Shown: one piece after another, positions 9,207-18,597 of the stretch
Numbering within the stretch: the stretch's first letter is position 1
How the letters are laid out: the number at the start of each line of letters is the position of its first letter
Assembly: GCA_947628775.1 (NCBI GenBank)
Contig: CANRBI010000001.1
Location: 4,730 to 68,729 of the forward strand
Source: an uncultured Clostridia bacterium
Lineage (GTDB): Bacteria; Bacillota; Clostridia; TANB77; CAG-508
DNA length: 64,000 bases
Direction: 5' to 3'
Position numbers and translations under genes: made by a program
Notes under the pieces: model-generated
Told to the model about the DNA's origin: nothing
The model's input: only the letters and a program-made list of their open reading frames with translations
Database searches by the model: none

Positions 9207-12200
9207 TAAAATAATAAAATTGCTATTTATAACAATCTTCATAATCCTTCTTATAAATAAACCATCAACAGCTTTAACTAGTAAATCTACTAATTTTGAC
9301 GAAATGAGACAAGAATTACTAAGTTCTGATGGATTTGATATAGATCCAAAAAGCTTTTTTAAAGATATGGAATATTCTATAGATACTCATGTTAAAAAAG
9401 GAGCAGCTTGTATACATGACCATCAAAATACACCTTTGACTAAAGATAGAAAAACCAGCATTTATTCAATTTATGCTGTTGTAGATTTGAATTTTAAACA
9501 GAGCACTTACTCAAAACCAGGAACATTTGTCAGGTATACAAAGAGTTCTCAAAAAACATATACTATGCAAGAAGCGAAAAAAGGAAAAAAAATAACCCCA
9601 ATAGATAAAGCACCATATAAAGATGTTTATCCACAAATTTCGGGTGAAGGACAGGCAAAGACAGCTATATCAGCTTTAGGTTATGCTGCTTATTATGCTA
9701 GAAATGAAAATGAAAATACTGATGATGCTAATAAGTCAAGATTTAGAATGATGTATTTCTTATCAATTAATGCACTATCCAGAAATTCAGACATATTACC
9801 AGTTAAGTTAAATACAGGTAATGGAGGAAGTTATTCTAGAGAAGCGGCAGCACATGGAGATGCAATTGTAGAGATACTTAATTATGCTAATTCTGCTGTA
9901 ACATATAAATTTGATATAAATAAATCAAATAGAAATTACAAAGCTACAAACACACGTCCTGCAGATGAAACAAAAGCATATGTTACATATAATGAAGAAA
10001 ATGATGTTACATATGTTGGACCATACTTTTTCAATTATACATATGAATGGAAACAAAATAAATTAAAAATTGTAGATGTAAAAGCTTCATTAGATAGTTA
10101 TCAAGGAAAGATATTTTATACCCTAAAAAGAGATGGAAATAATTTAAAAAGTTTTGAAGATAAAGATAGTTTCCCTACAGGTTCAGATAATCCGTTTTAT
10201 ATTGCAATTAAAGGCAAACTAAAAGAAAAATTAGATGTGACATTTGTTAATGAATATGATGTTTGTAAGGCAAGAATCATATTTGGTGCAAGTAAAACCG
10301 ATGAAACTGTTTCTCAAGAACGATGTATATTTAAGACTAAAATGACTACTTTAAATGATGCAGTAACAGTTTCTATGGAAGGTGGAACAGATACTAAACT
10401 ACATAAAATAGGATATGATCCTAAGACTGGAGAACAAACAAATCTTGAAGGAGTATTGTTTATATTCCAAAACATGGACACACGTAAGTATATAGCAAAA
10501 GATGGTGGAGAGACTTCTAGAAAAAGTGAAGCATATAAAATACCAACAGATCCTGAAGGTATGATTACATTACCAGATTTAGAAGGAAATTATTGTGCAT
10601 ATGAAGTAGATAACCCAGATAAAAAATATGACGGAGCTTGGAGTGAAACAGAAGGAATAAAATTAGAAATTGGAACAACAACTACAATTGTAAACACACC
10701 AGGTGCGATAGAATTACAATTGCAAAAAGTAGATGGTGACACAGGTGATCCTATAGAAGGAGTAGTATTTAAAATAAAGGAAAATACAAAAGGCTGGTAT
10801 ACAGGAAATATAGATGAACCATTTTCAAATAATGAAGATGATGCAAGTACATATATAACAGATATTAATGGTATAACAAAAGTGCCAAATCTACCATCAG
10901 GAGATTATAGCGCAGTTGAAATAAGTACAAAAGAACCATATGAAATAATAAAAGGTTCAATACCTTTAGATATAGCAAAAAAACCAAATGTAATTCAAAA
11001 CTTTAAAAACGACGAACCACAACCACCACCAGAAGAAGTACCAGATAGAGGAGAAGGACTTGTAAAAGTATTTTCTAATACAAATAACATGGCCCCAATG
11101 GGAGGAATTCAATTTGGAATAAAAAATTGGGAACCAGATAATCCAGAATACAAAATAGAACCACGAGAACCATTAAGAAGTGATAGCAAATATTGGAGTA
11201 ATGTACCTCATACAGGACGAAGACCTACAGAAAAAAAAGACGAAAATGGAAATACAATCTATGAATCATATACATATTATGAATGGGAATTTACAGAAGA
11301 ATTATTATATCAATCAGATCATAAAGAATATGAAATTAAACTAGACAACTACAAATATTATATGAAATCGAAAGAAACATATGTTGCAACAGGTACATCT
11401 CAAACAAATGGAACTGTGCAACTATCTGGAGACATAAGACCAGGTACATATGACTTATATGAATATGGATCATTAAATTCATATGTTATTGTACAACAGA
11501 AATGTGTACAATCAGGATATCGAGTAGGTGATTCATTAGATGTAGAAAATCCTAGAACATATGTAGATATAGAAGGAAATGTATGGGTAGATTATCAAGA
11601 AGGAAAATCATCTACAAGAGATAATAAATTTGCATCAAATGAAGGATTAAATGGAGTAAAAGTAACATTAAAACGAGGAAATAGCGAAATATGCAGTGTA
11701 GCATCAGGATTTGATAGTAATGGAGCATCTCAATCTAGAGGACACTATAAATTCTGGGGAGATATAAATAACTTAAGAATAGAAGTAGATCATTTGGATG
11801 AATATTCAATAGAATTCTCATATAATGGTATTGTATATCAAAGTATAAGTGCTACATCAATAGAACCAGGAGGAACAGCAAAAGCCAAAGAAAACGATAG
11901 TGAAAGAACACAGTTTAATGCTGACTTTTCAACAGTAACAGCAGGAACACAAACAAGTAATGGACAATCAACAAACTTATCAAGAAATAATGGAAAAACT
12001 ATTTTATATAATTCAACAGGTCATAGTAGTAGAGTAGTATACAAAGCTACACAAGATGCAATAGGAACCTTATCAGATGAAGCCTATGCAGATGATCAAT
12101 ATCATATGAAAGCATATACAACAGAAGCTGGACTAAACTTAGGATCACCTAATCAATATGGAGGATATCCATATGACCCAGCTAAAAATTCAATAACAGA

Positions 12201-14796
12201 TATCAACTGTGGATTATTTAGAAGAGATAGTTTAGATTTAGCGATAGCAAGTGACTTATTAGCAGTGGAGACATCAATAAATGGATATTCTAATATTTAT
12301 GAATATAATAAACGTTATGCAAAAATAGCAAATCAAGATGCATTTGAAATAAATATAAAAGAATCAGATATAGGCTATAATGAAACATTATTAAGAGAGT
12401 TATATCCAGAAGATATAGATTATACTAGCAAAAATCATGATGCAGCATATGGAAATATGGAAGAAAACGGATTAAATGTATTCTTAACATATAAAGTTGT
12501 AGTTAGAAATCAATCATCTACACTATCAGCAAAAGTCAATGAACTTGTAGAATATTTTTCTTCAGATATAAAAGAAGTAGTTGCTGTAGGAGGATATATT
12601 GATGAAAATATGACAAATGAAGATTTGCAGAAAATGCCAATAGGTTCAAATGGAAGAAGATACCAAGTAAAAAACACAAGCGGATTTTCAGTTGAAAATA
12701 CTACACAAGTAAGTGGAATTGATTATAAAAAATCTGTAATTAACACAGAAGGATTAGGAACGATACAAGTAGGAGATGCAGTAGAATTTTATATACAAGT
12801 AAGAATGGATCAAGAATCATTTGGAACAAAATTAAATCAAGATTCTTCTGGTAATACACAATTGAGAAATGTAGTAGAATTATATACATGTACAGCTTAT
12901 GATAAAAATGGAAATCTTTGCCCAGCAATTGATTCTGATTCAGCAGTAGGAAACTGTATACCAAATAATATAGATACAATGGAAGATGATACAGATTTTG
13001 CACCTACAGTAGTAATACAACGTTCAGGATCAATAAGGAAAATAAGTGGAACTGTATTTGAAGATCAAACTTCAGAAGCATTAAAAGCAGGAGAAGAAAG
13101 ATTAGGCGATGGAGTTTATGGTTCTGGTGATACACCTATTGATGGTATACGAGTAGATTTAATCGATATAGATAGAGGCATTATAGCACATGTATATGAA
13201 GGCGGAGAAGTAAAGGATGCAACTAAAATAACAGCAGATGGAGGAAAATATGAAATACAAGGATTTATACCAGGAAATTATGTAATAAGATATACTTATG
13301 GTAATGGAACAGGAAAATATACAGCTCAACAATATAAATCAACAGTATTTTTACCAGATTATTCAGGAGTTTCAACAGAAGGTACTATTGTAGCATCAAA
13401 CGAAAGAAAAGACTATTATGAAGCACAAAATGAGGCTAAAACACCAAGTGGAACTGCAACATATTGGGGCTCACCTGAATGGTATAAAGATAATGTTTCT
13501 ACACAATGCTCAGATGCTGTAGATAATTATAGTGGAGAAATGGAAGCAATAGATTCAACAGGTGGACATGAAAAATATTATCGTACACCACGAACAGATG
13601 GAAGTATGAGCAGAACTGAAATAGAAGAACTATGGTCAAATGGTTATGCTGACGGATATCAACATATATTAGCTAATACAGAGATAGATAAGACAATTAA
13701 TATTAATGCATATACACCATGGATGGGATTTAGTGTACAATATGACTATGATTGGATTAAAAGTGGAGATGGAAATTTGGAAAACTTCACAGTTGAAAAT
13801 GTAGATTTTGGTATTTCAGAAAGACCAAGATGTTTAGTGCAAATAGATAAAGAAATAAAACGTATTCAAATATTGAATTCAGATGGAAGTATACTAAGAG
13901 ATTTAACATCACTTGAAAAAGACACGCTTCCACAATATACAAAAACTGAGCCAAAAGAACCAATACAACAATTAAAAGAAACAGGTTCAGATGCAACACC
14001 AAATAGAGGATTTGTAGAATTTGAAATTGACAGAGAATTACTACAAAACCCAACAATTCTTGTAGAATATGAATTCACTGCAACAAATAAAAGTGAAGTT
14101 GATTATAAAGATGAAGAATACTATAAATATGGCGTTTCTTCAAATGCTGATGATAGTACTATCATGAATTTATCAGTAGTAGGAGTTATAGACTATGTAG
14201 ACAATCAAGTATTATATAATAAAGATAGTAATATGATTTCAGAAGGAAATGATACAAAAACAAATGAAGAAAATGGATGGTCTGTAATAGATTTATCAAA
14301 AGCTGAAAACAAAAAATACTTGCAACAAAATGTTCTTGACAACTTATATGATAGTACAGGGTGTAAATTTAATACAGTATTAATAGGAAAAGGATTAGAT
14401 AAACTAATAAAACCAGCTGTAAAAACGGAATCAATAGGATTAGTATTAAATAAAGATTTGCAACAAAATGATATATGGTCATATGAAAATATAGCAGAAA
14501 TAGTAGAAGTTAAGAAAACATGGGGAAGGGAATTACATGCAGAAGATACATCAACATCATATGGAGAAAAATTAGGAAATCTAGACCCAACAGAAGACAT
14601 GGACGATATTGTAAATCCTAAAAATAATCCAGGCACACCAGGTAAAGAACCAGACACAAGTTATACTGAAAGAATAATTATAAACCCACCAACAGGACAA
14701 GACAGAAATTACACATATATTGCAATAATAATCATAACATTACTTGGACTATTAGCAACAGGAATAATAATCATAAAGAAAAAAGTACTAAAATAA
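9181..14796 (+). CDS. Giant cell-surface adhesin B1 (~1870 aa). Signal peptide, an N-terminal putative internal-thioester (TED-like) domain, Cna-B-type stalk domains, and a C-terminal sorting signal NPPTG + TM + KKKVLK.
   Basis: Start is ambiguous among ATG 9181, ATG 9184 and GTG 9190; the RBS ggaaaggagg ends at 9180. The start overlaps the last 26 nt of the upstream gene. An N-terminal conserved Cys sits in GAACIHDHQ (Cys codon 9409-9411). Cna-B-like segments: GDPIEGVVFKIKENTKGWYTGN...PNLPSGDYSAVEIS and GGKYEIQGFIPGNYVIRYTYGNG. The C-terminus reads ...IIINPPTGQDRNYTYIAIIIITLLGLLATGIIIIKKKVLK. It is paralogous to 49468..53769. Confidence 0.8.
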   Translation: MMKVKIRHNKIIKLLFITIFIILLINKPSTALTSKSTNFDEMRQELLSSDGFDIDPKSFFKDMEYSIDTHVKKGAACIHDHQNTPLTKDRKTSIYSIYAVVDLNFKQSTYSKPGTFVRYTKSSQKTYTMQEAKKGKKITPIDKAPYKDVYPQISGEGQAKTAISALGYAAYYARNENENTDDANKSRFRMMYFLSINALSRNSDILPVKLNTGNGGSYSREAAAHGDAIVEILNYANSAVTYKFDINKSNRNYKATNTRPADETKAYVTYNEENDVTYVGPYFFNYTYEWKQNKLKIVDVKASLDSYQGKIFYTLKRDGNNLKSFEDKDSFPTGSDNPFYIAIKGKLKEKLDVTFVNEYDVCKARIIFGASKTDETVSQERCIFKTKMTTLNDAVTVSMEGGTDTKLHKIGYDPKTGEQTNLEGVLFIFQNMDTRKYIAKDGGETSRKSEAYKIPTDPEGMITLPDLEGNYCAYEVDNPDKKYDGAWSETEGIKLEIGTTTTIVNTPGAIELQLQKVDGDTGDPIEGVVFKIKENTKGWYTGNIDEPFSNNEDDASTYITDINGITKVPNLPSGDYSAVEISTKEPYEIIKGSIPLDIAKKPNVIQNFKNDEPQPPPEEVPDRGEGLVKVFSNTNNMAPMGGIQFGIKNWEPDNPEYKIEPREPLRSDSKYWSNVPHTGRRPTEKKDENGNTIYESYTYYEWEFTEELLYQSDHKEYEIKLDNYKYYMKSKETYVATGTSQTNGTVQLSGDIRPGTYDLYEYGSLNSYVIVQQKCVQSGYRVGDSLDVENPRTYVDIEGNVWVDYQEGKSSTRDNKFASNEGLNGVKVTLKRGNSEICSVASGFDSNGASQSRGHYKFWGDINNLRIEVDHLDEYSIEFSYNGIVYQSISATSIEPGGTAKAKENDSERTQFNADFSTVTAGTQTSNGQSTNLSRNNGKTILYNSTGHSSRVVYKATQDAIGTLSDEAYADDQYHMKAYTTEAGLNLGSPNQYGGYPYDPAKNSITDINCGLFRRDSLDLAIASDLLAVETSINGYSNIYEYNKRYAKIANQDAFEINIKESDIGYNETLLRELYPEDIDYTSKNHDAAYGNMEENGLNVFLTYKVVVRNQSSTLSAKVNELVEYFSSDIKEVVAVGGYIDENMTNEDLQKMPIGSNGRRYQVKNTSGFSVENTTQVSGIDYKKSVINTEGLGTIQVGDAVEFYIQVRMDQESFGTKLNQDSSGNTQLRNVVELYTCTAYDKNGNLCPAIDSDSAVGNCIPNNIDTMEDDTDFAPTVVIQRSGSIRKISGTVFEDQTSEALKAGEERLGDGVYGSGDTPIDGIRVDLIDIDRGIIAHVYEGGEVKDATKITADGGKYEIQGFIPGNYVIRYTYGNGTGKYTAQQYKSTVFLPDYSGVSTEGTIVASNERKDYYEAQNEAKTPSGTATYWGSPEWYKDNVSTQCSDAVDNYSGEMEAIDSTGGHEKYYRTPRTDGSMSRTEIEELWSNGYADGYQHILANTEIDKTININAYTPWMGFSVQYDYDWIKSGDGNLENFTVENVDFGISERPRCLVQIDKEIKRIQILNSDGSILRDLTSLEKDTLPQYTKTEPKEPIQQLKETGSDATPNRGFVEFEIDRELLQNPTILVEYEFTATNKSEVDYKDEEYYKYGVSSNADDSTIMNLSVVGVIDYVDNQVLYNKDSNMISEGNDTKTNEENGWSVIDLSKAENKKYLQQNVLDNLYDSTGCKFNTVLIGKGLDKLIKPAVKTESIGLVLNKDLQQNDIWSYENIAEIVEVKKTWGRELHAEDTSTSYGEKLGNLDPTEDMDDIVNPKNNPGTPGKEPDTSYTERIIINPPTGQDRNYTYIAIIIITLLGLLATGIIIIKKKVLK

Positions 14797-14860
14797 ATTT
14801 ATTATAATATAGTAAATTTGACAAAAATTGACAAAATAATTTTAACAAAAATGTATAAAA

Positions 14861-14901
14861 TATTAATAGGATTTTAAATAAAGTCCTATTAATATTTTTT
14901 T
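14861..14901 (+). terminator. Rho-independent terminator downstream of the B1 surface-protein gene.
   Basis: Stem tattaatagga / tcctattaata with a 12-nt loop, followed by a T7 run. Confidence 0.6.
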
Positions 14902-14918
14902 CGTAATAGGAGGATATT

Positions 14919-15095
14919 ATGTCTAGAAATAGTAAATTAATATCTGAAAATTTAAGAGAGGAAATAGCAAAAGAGCTTGGAGTATATGACCAAGTAAAAC
15001 AAGATGGAGGAAGTTGGGCAAATGTCTCTTCAAAACAATGTGGAAACATTGTAACAAAAGCAATAGAAATAGCTAACCGCTCTGTAGAAAAATAG
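14919..15095 (+). CDS. Small acid-soluble spore protein, alpha/beta type (58 aa; below the ORF-track cutoff).
   Basis: Translation is MSRNSKLISENLREEIAKELGVYDQVKQDGGSWANVSSKQCGNIVTKAIEIANRSVEK. This carries the α/β-SASP signature blocks EIAxELGV and GG...S..CG.(I/M)VKxxIExA. A strong RBS taggagga lies 5 nt upstream of the ATG. A stem-loop at 15104-15143 (ggggcaaaaccat / gtggttttgtccc) follows. Confidence 0.8.
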   Translation: MSRNSKLISENLREEIAKELGVYDQVKQDGGSWANVSSKQCGNIVTKAIEIANRSVEK

Positions 15096-15229
15096 TCTGA
15101 TTAAATAGGGGCAAAACCATATATAAATGTGGTTTTGTCCCTATAATCATAAAACACTGTATTCATTCTTGATTTTTAGAATATAGTATAGTAGAATATA
15201 AAATATTAAGAAAAAAAGGAATGAGGTTA

Positions 15230-16630
15230 ATGAAAAATATCAGTGTAAAAGACATAATCCAAATTACAGGAGGAAACTTAATTCAAGGAAATATCAATGA
15301 AATATCTGGCAAATTTGCTTATGACACTAGGGAAATAGAAGAAGGAGATACATACATAAGAGTCGATAATAAAAAAATAGAAGGAGAACAATATTGGCAA
15401 ATAGCCTTTAAATCAGGAGCAAAAATAGCTATAATTCATGAAGACTTAATAGAAGATACAAACATATTAAAAAACTGGCCTCAAAAAATTTTAATTACAG
15501 TCAAAAATCCACTTTTAGCTCTACAGCAAATCGCAACATACAAAAGAGAGCTATATGGAAAAGATTTTCCAATAATTGCAATTACAGGAAGTGTTGGAAA
15601 AACCAGCACAAAAGATATGGTAGCAAGTGTAGTTAAACAAAAATATAAAACATTAAAAACAAAAGGAAATTATAATAATCATATAGGAGTTCCAATAACA
15701 ATATTGAGTTTAAAAGATGAAGAAGCGGCAGTTATTGAAATGGGTATGAATCATTTTAATGAAATAAGAGAACTTACCAAAATTGCAAAACCAAAATTAT
15801 CAATAATAACAAATATAGGAACATCACATATAGGAAATTTAGGATCAAGAGAAAATATACTAAAAGCCAAATTAGAAATATTAGAAGGAATGGACCAAAA
15901 AGAAATTATCATTAACAATGACAATGATTTATTATCCAATTGGTTAAAACAACAAAAAGAAAATGAAATAAAAATTCACACATTTGGAATAGAAAATCCA
16001 TCAGATGTAACAGCAGAAGATATTGAATTAAAAGAAAACAGTAGTAAATTTACATGTAATATAAAAGGCGAAAAAATACAAATAAATGTACCAGTTGGAG
16101 GAATACATTTTATATATAATGCATTATGTGCAGCTTTAGTCGGTGAAATTCTAAACATACCACTAGAAAACATAAAAAAAGGAATAGAAACATTTGAACT
16201 AACTAAAAAAAGAAATGAAATTATAGAACTAAAAAATGGAGCAAAAATAATAAATGACGCATATAATGCAAGCCTAGAATCAATGCAAGTATCAATAAAA
16301 AACTTAGAAAGCTACAAAAACCACAGAAAAATTGCAGTATTAGGAGATATGTTTGAACTAGGCGAATTTTCAGAGAAGCTACATAGACAAGTTGGAAAAC
16401 AAATAGCACAAAGCACAATAGACATATTATTATGCTCTGGAGAAAATAGTAAATATATAATAGAAGAAGCAAAAAAACAAAACAGCAACCAAAAAGAAAT
16501 AAAATATTTTGAAACAAAAGAGCAAATAATAGAATATCTAAAACAAAATATAAAAGAAGAAGACATAATATTAATAAAAGCATCAAATGGAATGAAATTT
16601 ACGGAAATAAGTGACGAATTAAAAAAGTAA
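15230..16630 (+). CDS. murF: UDP-N-acetylmuramoyl-tripeptide--D-alanyl-D-alanine ligase MurF.
   Basis: Mur ligase family. The P-loop is IAITGSVGKTSTKDM. The central and C-terminal Mur ligase domains read NYNNHIGVPITIL and NDAYNASLESM. The MKNISVKD start at ATG 15230 has the RBS gaatgagg; the track ORF starts 9 nt earlier at 15221. Confidence 0.85.
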   Translation: MKNISVKDIIQITGGNLIQGNINEISGKFAYDTREIEEGDTYIRVDNKKIEGEQYWQIAFKSGAKIAIIHEDLIEDTNILKNWPQKILITVKNPLLALQQIATYKRELYGKDFPIIAITGSVGKTSTKDMVASVVKQKYKTLKTKGNYNNHIGVPITILSLKDEEAAVIEMGMNHFNEIRELTKIAKPKLSIITNIGTSHIGNLGSRENILKAKLEILEGMDQKEIIINNDNDLLSNWLKQQKENEIKIHTFGIENPSDVTAEDIELKENSSKFTCNIKGEKIQINVPVGGIHFIYNALCAALVGEILNIPLENIKKGIETFELTKKRNEIIELKNGAKIINDAYNASLESMQVSIKNLESYKNHRKIAVLGDMFELGEFSEKLHRQVGKQIAQSTIDILLCSGENSKYIIEEAKKQNSNQKEIKYFETKEQIIEYLKQNIKEEDIILIKASNGMKFTEISDELKK

Positions 16631-16667
16631 AAAAATTTGTAAAAAACCTAGCTTTTTGAAAAAAATA

Positions 16668-16676
16668 TGATATAAT
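16668..16676 (+). promoter_or_regulatory. Extended -10 element (TGaTATAAT) upstream of the dnaJ-like gene.
   Basis: tgatataat at 16668-16676 matches TGnTATAAT. No good -35 sits at 17-bp spacing, which is typical of extended -10 promoters. Confidence 0.4.
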
Positions 16677-16706
16677 AAAAACACCTATTAGGTGGGAGGA
16701 TGTCAA

Positions 16707-17576
16707 ATGAAATTAAAGGATTATTATAAAATACTAGGATTAGAAACAAGCAGAGTTTCAATAGAACAAATAAAAGCAGCATATAGAAATGCAGCAAAAA
16801 AATACCATCCAGATGTTAATATGAAAGACTCTTTAGCAGAGGAAAAAATAAAAGACATAAATGAAGCATATAGAATATTATCTGTACCATCATCAAAAAG
16901 AAAATATGATAGATCATGGAATGCATATTATGCTCAAAAAACAAGAAATTCACTAAAAAGCAAAGAGAGTATTTTTGGAATATTTTTAGGAGATGTAGAA
17001 AAAGGGACAAACAAAGATGAAAAAAATTCACCAATAAGAGGAGAAGATGTTGAAACAGAAATAAAAATAGAACTCAATGAAGCATTTACAGGAACTGAAA
17101 AGAAAATATCAATAAAAACAGTTCAAGGAAAAACAAAAACATTTACAATAAATATACCAAAAGGAATACTAAATGGAGAAAAGATAAGACTAATAGGTCA
17201 AGGAAAACAAGGAACAAATGGCGGAAAAGATGGAGACATGTATATAAAAATAAATATACAAGACAGTAAAAAATTTAAACTAAAAGGAAGTGACCTACAT
17301 ACATATTTACTACTCACACCATGGGAAGCAGGACTTGGAGCAAGAGTAGTACTACAAACAATAGATGATGAAACAAAAATATATATACCACAAGGAATAC
17401 AAAGTGGAGAAATACTACGAATACCAAATAAAGGATATTGGGACGGACAAGAAAATAGAGGAGACCTAATAGCAGAAGTAAAAATAGTAGTACCAAAAAC
17501 AATGCAAGAACAAGAAAAAAAATTATATGAGCAAATGCAAAAAATTTCAAAATTTAATCCAAGAGAAGAATATTAA
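16707..17576 (+). CDS. DnaJ-class co-chaperone of the CbpA/DjlA type: J domain plus DnaJ C-terminal substrate-binding domains, with no zinc-finger domain.
   Basis: J-domain motif DYYKILGLETSRVSIEQIKAAYRNAAKKYHPDVN. The C-terminal β-sandwich domains read GEDVETEIKIELNEAFTGTEKKISI...GEKIRLIGQGKQG...GDLIAEVKIVVP. There is no CxxCxGxG repeat. ATG 16707 follows the RBS ggtgggagga; the track start GTG 16692 is inside that RBS. Confidence 0.75.
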   Translation: MKLKDYYKILGLETSRVSIEQIKAAYRNAAKKYHPDVNMKDSLAEEKIKDINEAYRILSVPSSKRKYDRSWNAYYAQKTRNSLKSKESIFGIFLGDVEKGTNKDEKNSPIRGEDVETEIKIELNEAFTGTEKKISIKTVQGKTKTFTINIPKGILNGEKIRLIGQGKQGTNGGKDGDMYIKINIQDSKKFKLKGSDLHTYLLLTPWEAGLGARVVLQTIDDETKIYIPQGIQSGEILRIPNKGYWDGQENRGDLIAEVKIVVPKTMQEQEKKLYEQMQKISKFNPREEY

Positions 17577-17595
17577 CATAAAACAGGCACAGCTA

Positions 17596-17624
17596 TTGAC
17601 AAAAAGCCTAAAATCCACTATAAT
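17596..17624 (+). promoter_or_regulatory. Perfect consensus sigma-A promoter (TTGACA-17-TATAAT).
   Basis: ttgaca at 17596-17601, a 17-nt spacer, then tataat at 17619-17624. It is about 60 nt upstream of the 17684 gene. The 5' UTR contains the small hairpin ctatgtaaaaacatag. Confidence 0.6.
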
Positions 17625-17683
17625 ATAAAGTAGGCATTCTAAAGACAAGCTATGTAAAAACATAGAAAAGGGGTGTAAAAAAC

Positions 17684-18208
17684 ATGGATATGTGGCAAGG
17701 GAAACACTTTAGCATTACAGATCCAAAGGATGTAAGAACTGTAATATATCAAATAAATAAAACAGAAAAAGAATTTCTAGATCAATCACCTAAATACACC
17801 ATACAAAGGCTAGACTATTCAGAAGAAATTAGAGGAGAAAATACTAGAAAAACTTTTTATGTCGATAATCCTTCAAAAGATGAAGACCAACTTGTAATTT
17901 TATCTTTCGGAAAAGATAGAGTTGTAGTTAACATGGCCTTACTCGAAGGAAACAAAATATCTATATCAAAAAAACCAATGCCATTAAAATTTGACAGCAT
18001 ATATAACGAAGAAAAAGTAGAATACAGAGAATTTACATATACACCAAATTTAAAAAGACCAATATGTATAATAGACCCAGAAACTGCAGAAGAAGTTACA
18101 CCGAGTCTATACTTTGATGAGCAAACAAATGAAGTAAAAGGAAAATGTAAATTAAAACCATATAAATCTTATTTTGCCTTTGAAATCAGGGACAAAAAAG
18201 ATAATTAA
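17684..18208 (+). CDS. Hypothetical protein (174 aa), no recognisable domain.
   Basis: ORF with RBS aaaagggg and ATG 17684. Lys/Glu-rich with no TM segment. It sits directly upstream of the disrupted T4CP gene and downstream of a consensus promoter. Confidence 0.5.
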   Translation: MDMWQGKHFSITDPKDVRTVIYQINKTEKEFLDQSPKYTIQRLDYSEEIRGENTRKTFYVDNPSKDEDQLVILSFGKDRVVVNMALLEGNKISISKKPMPLKFDSIYNEEKVEYREFTYTPNLKRPICIIDPETAEEVTPSLYFDEQTNEVKGKCKLKPYKSYFAFEIRDKKDN

Positions 18209-18222
18209 GGAGGAAGTTTGAA

Positions 18223-18564
18223 ATGGAAAATACTCAAAAAGAAGACCAAAAAACAGAATTAAATATTGTGTGCACTAATTTTATTGTACAAGTAAGAGAA
18301 GAGCAAGAATTAACAAATGGAGATAAAAAAGAAGTAAAAGAACTAACATCTGGAGCAAATGGAGAATTTACATTAGAAGGTGGAGCTGTAATTGAAGCAA
18401 ATGCAGGAGATATAGAATGTTATTATGATGAAGATGAAAATGATGCATATAGAATAAAAAATGGCAAAAAAATAAAAGCAGATAGAGAAACAATGAAAAA
18501 AGCAGAAGAAGCACAAGAAGCAAAAGGAAATGTCAGAAAAGTAGAAACAGAAAGAGGCATGTAA
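18223..18564 (+). CDS. Hypothetical highly charged/acidic protein (113 aa).
   Basis: ORF with RBS aaggagga 7 nt upstream of ATG 18223. No recognisable domain. Confidence 0.45.
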   Translation: MENTQKEDQKTELNIVCTNFIVQVREEQELTNGDKKEVKELTSGANGEFTLEGGAVIEANAGDIECYYDEDENDAYRIKNGKKIKADRETMKKAEEAQEAKGNVRKVETERGM

Positions 18565-18597
18565 TAGAATAATACCAAAGATAGTAGGTGATTAAAG

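Noticed and set aside
16692-16706. GTG 16692 start giving MGGCQ- extension on the DnaJ-like protein.
   Set aside because: That GTG lies inside the Shine-Dalgarno ggtgggagga. ATG 16707 is correctly spaced and gives the canonical J-domain start (MKLKDYYKILG).
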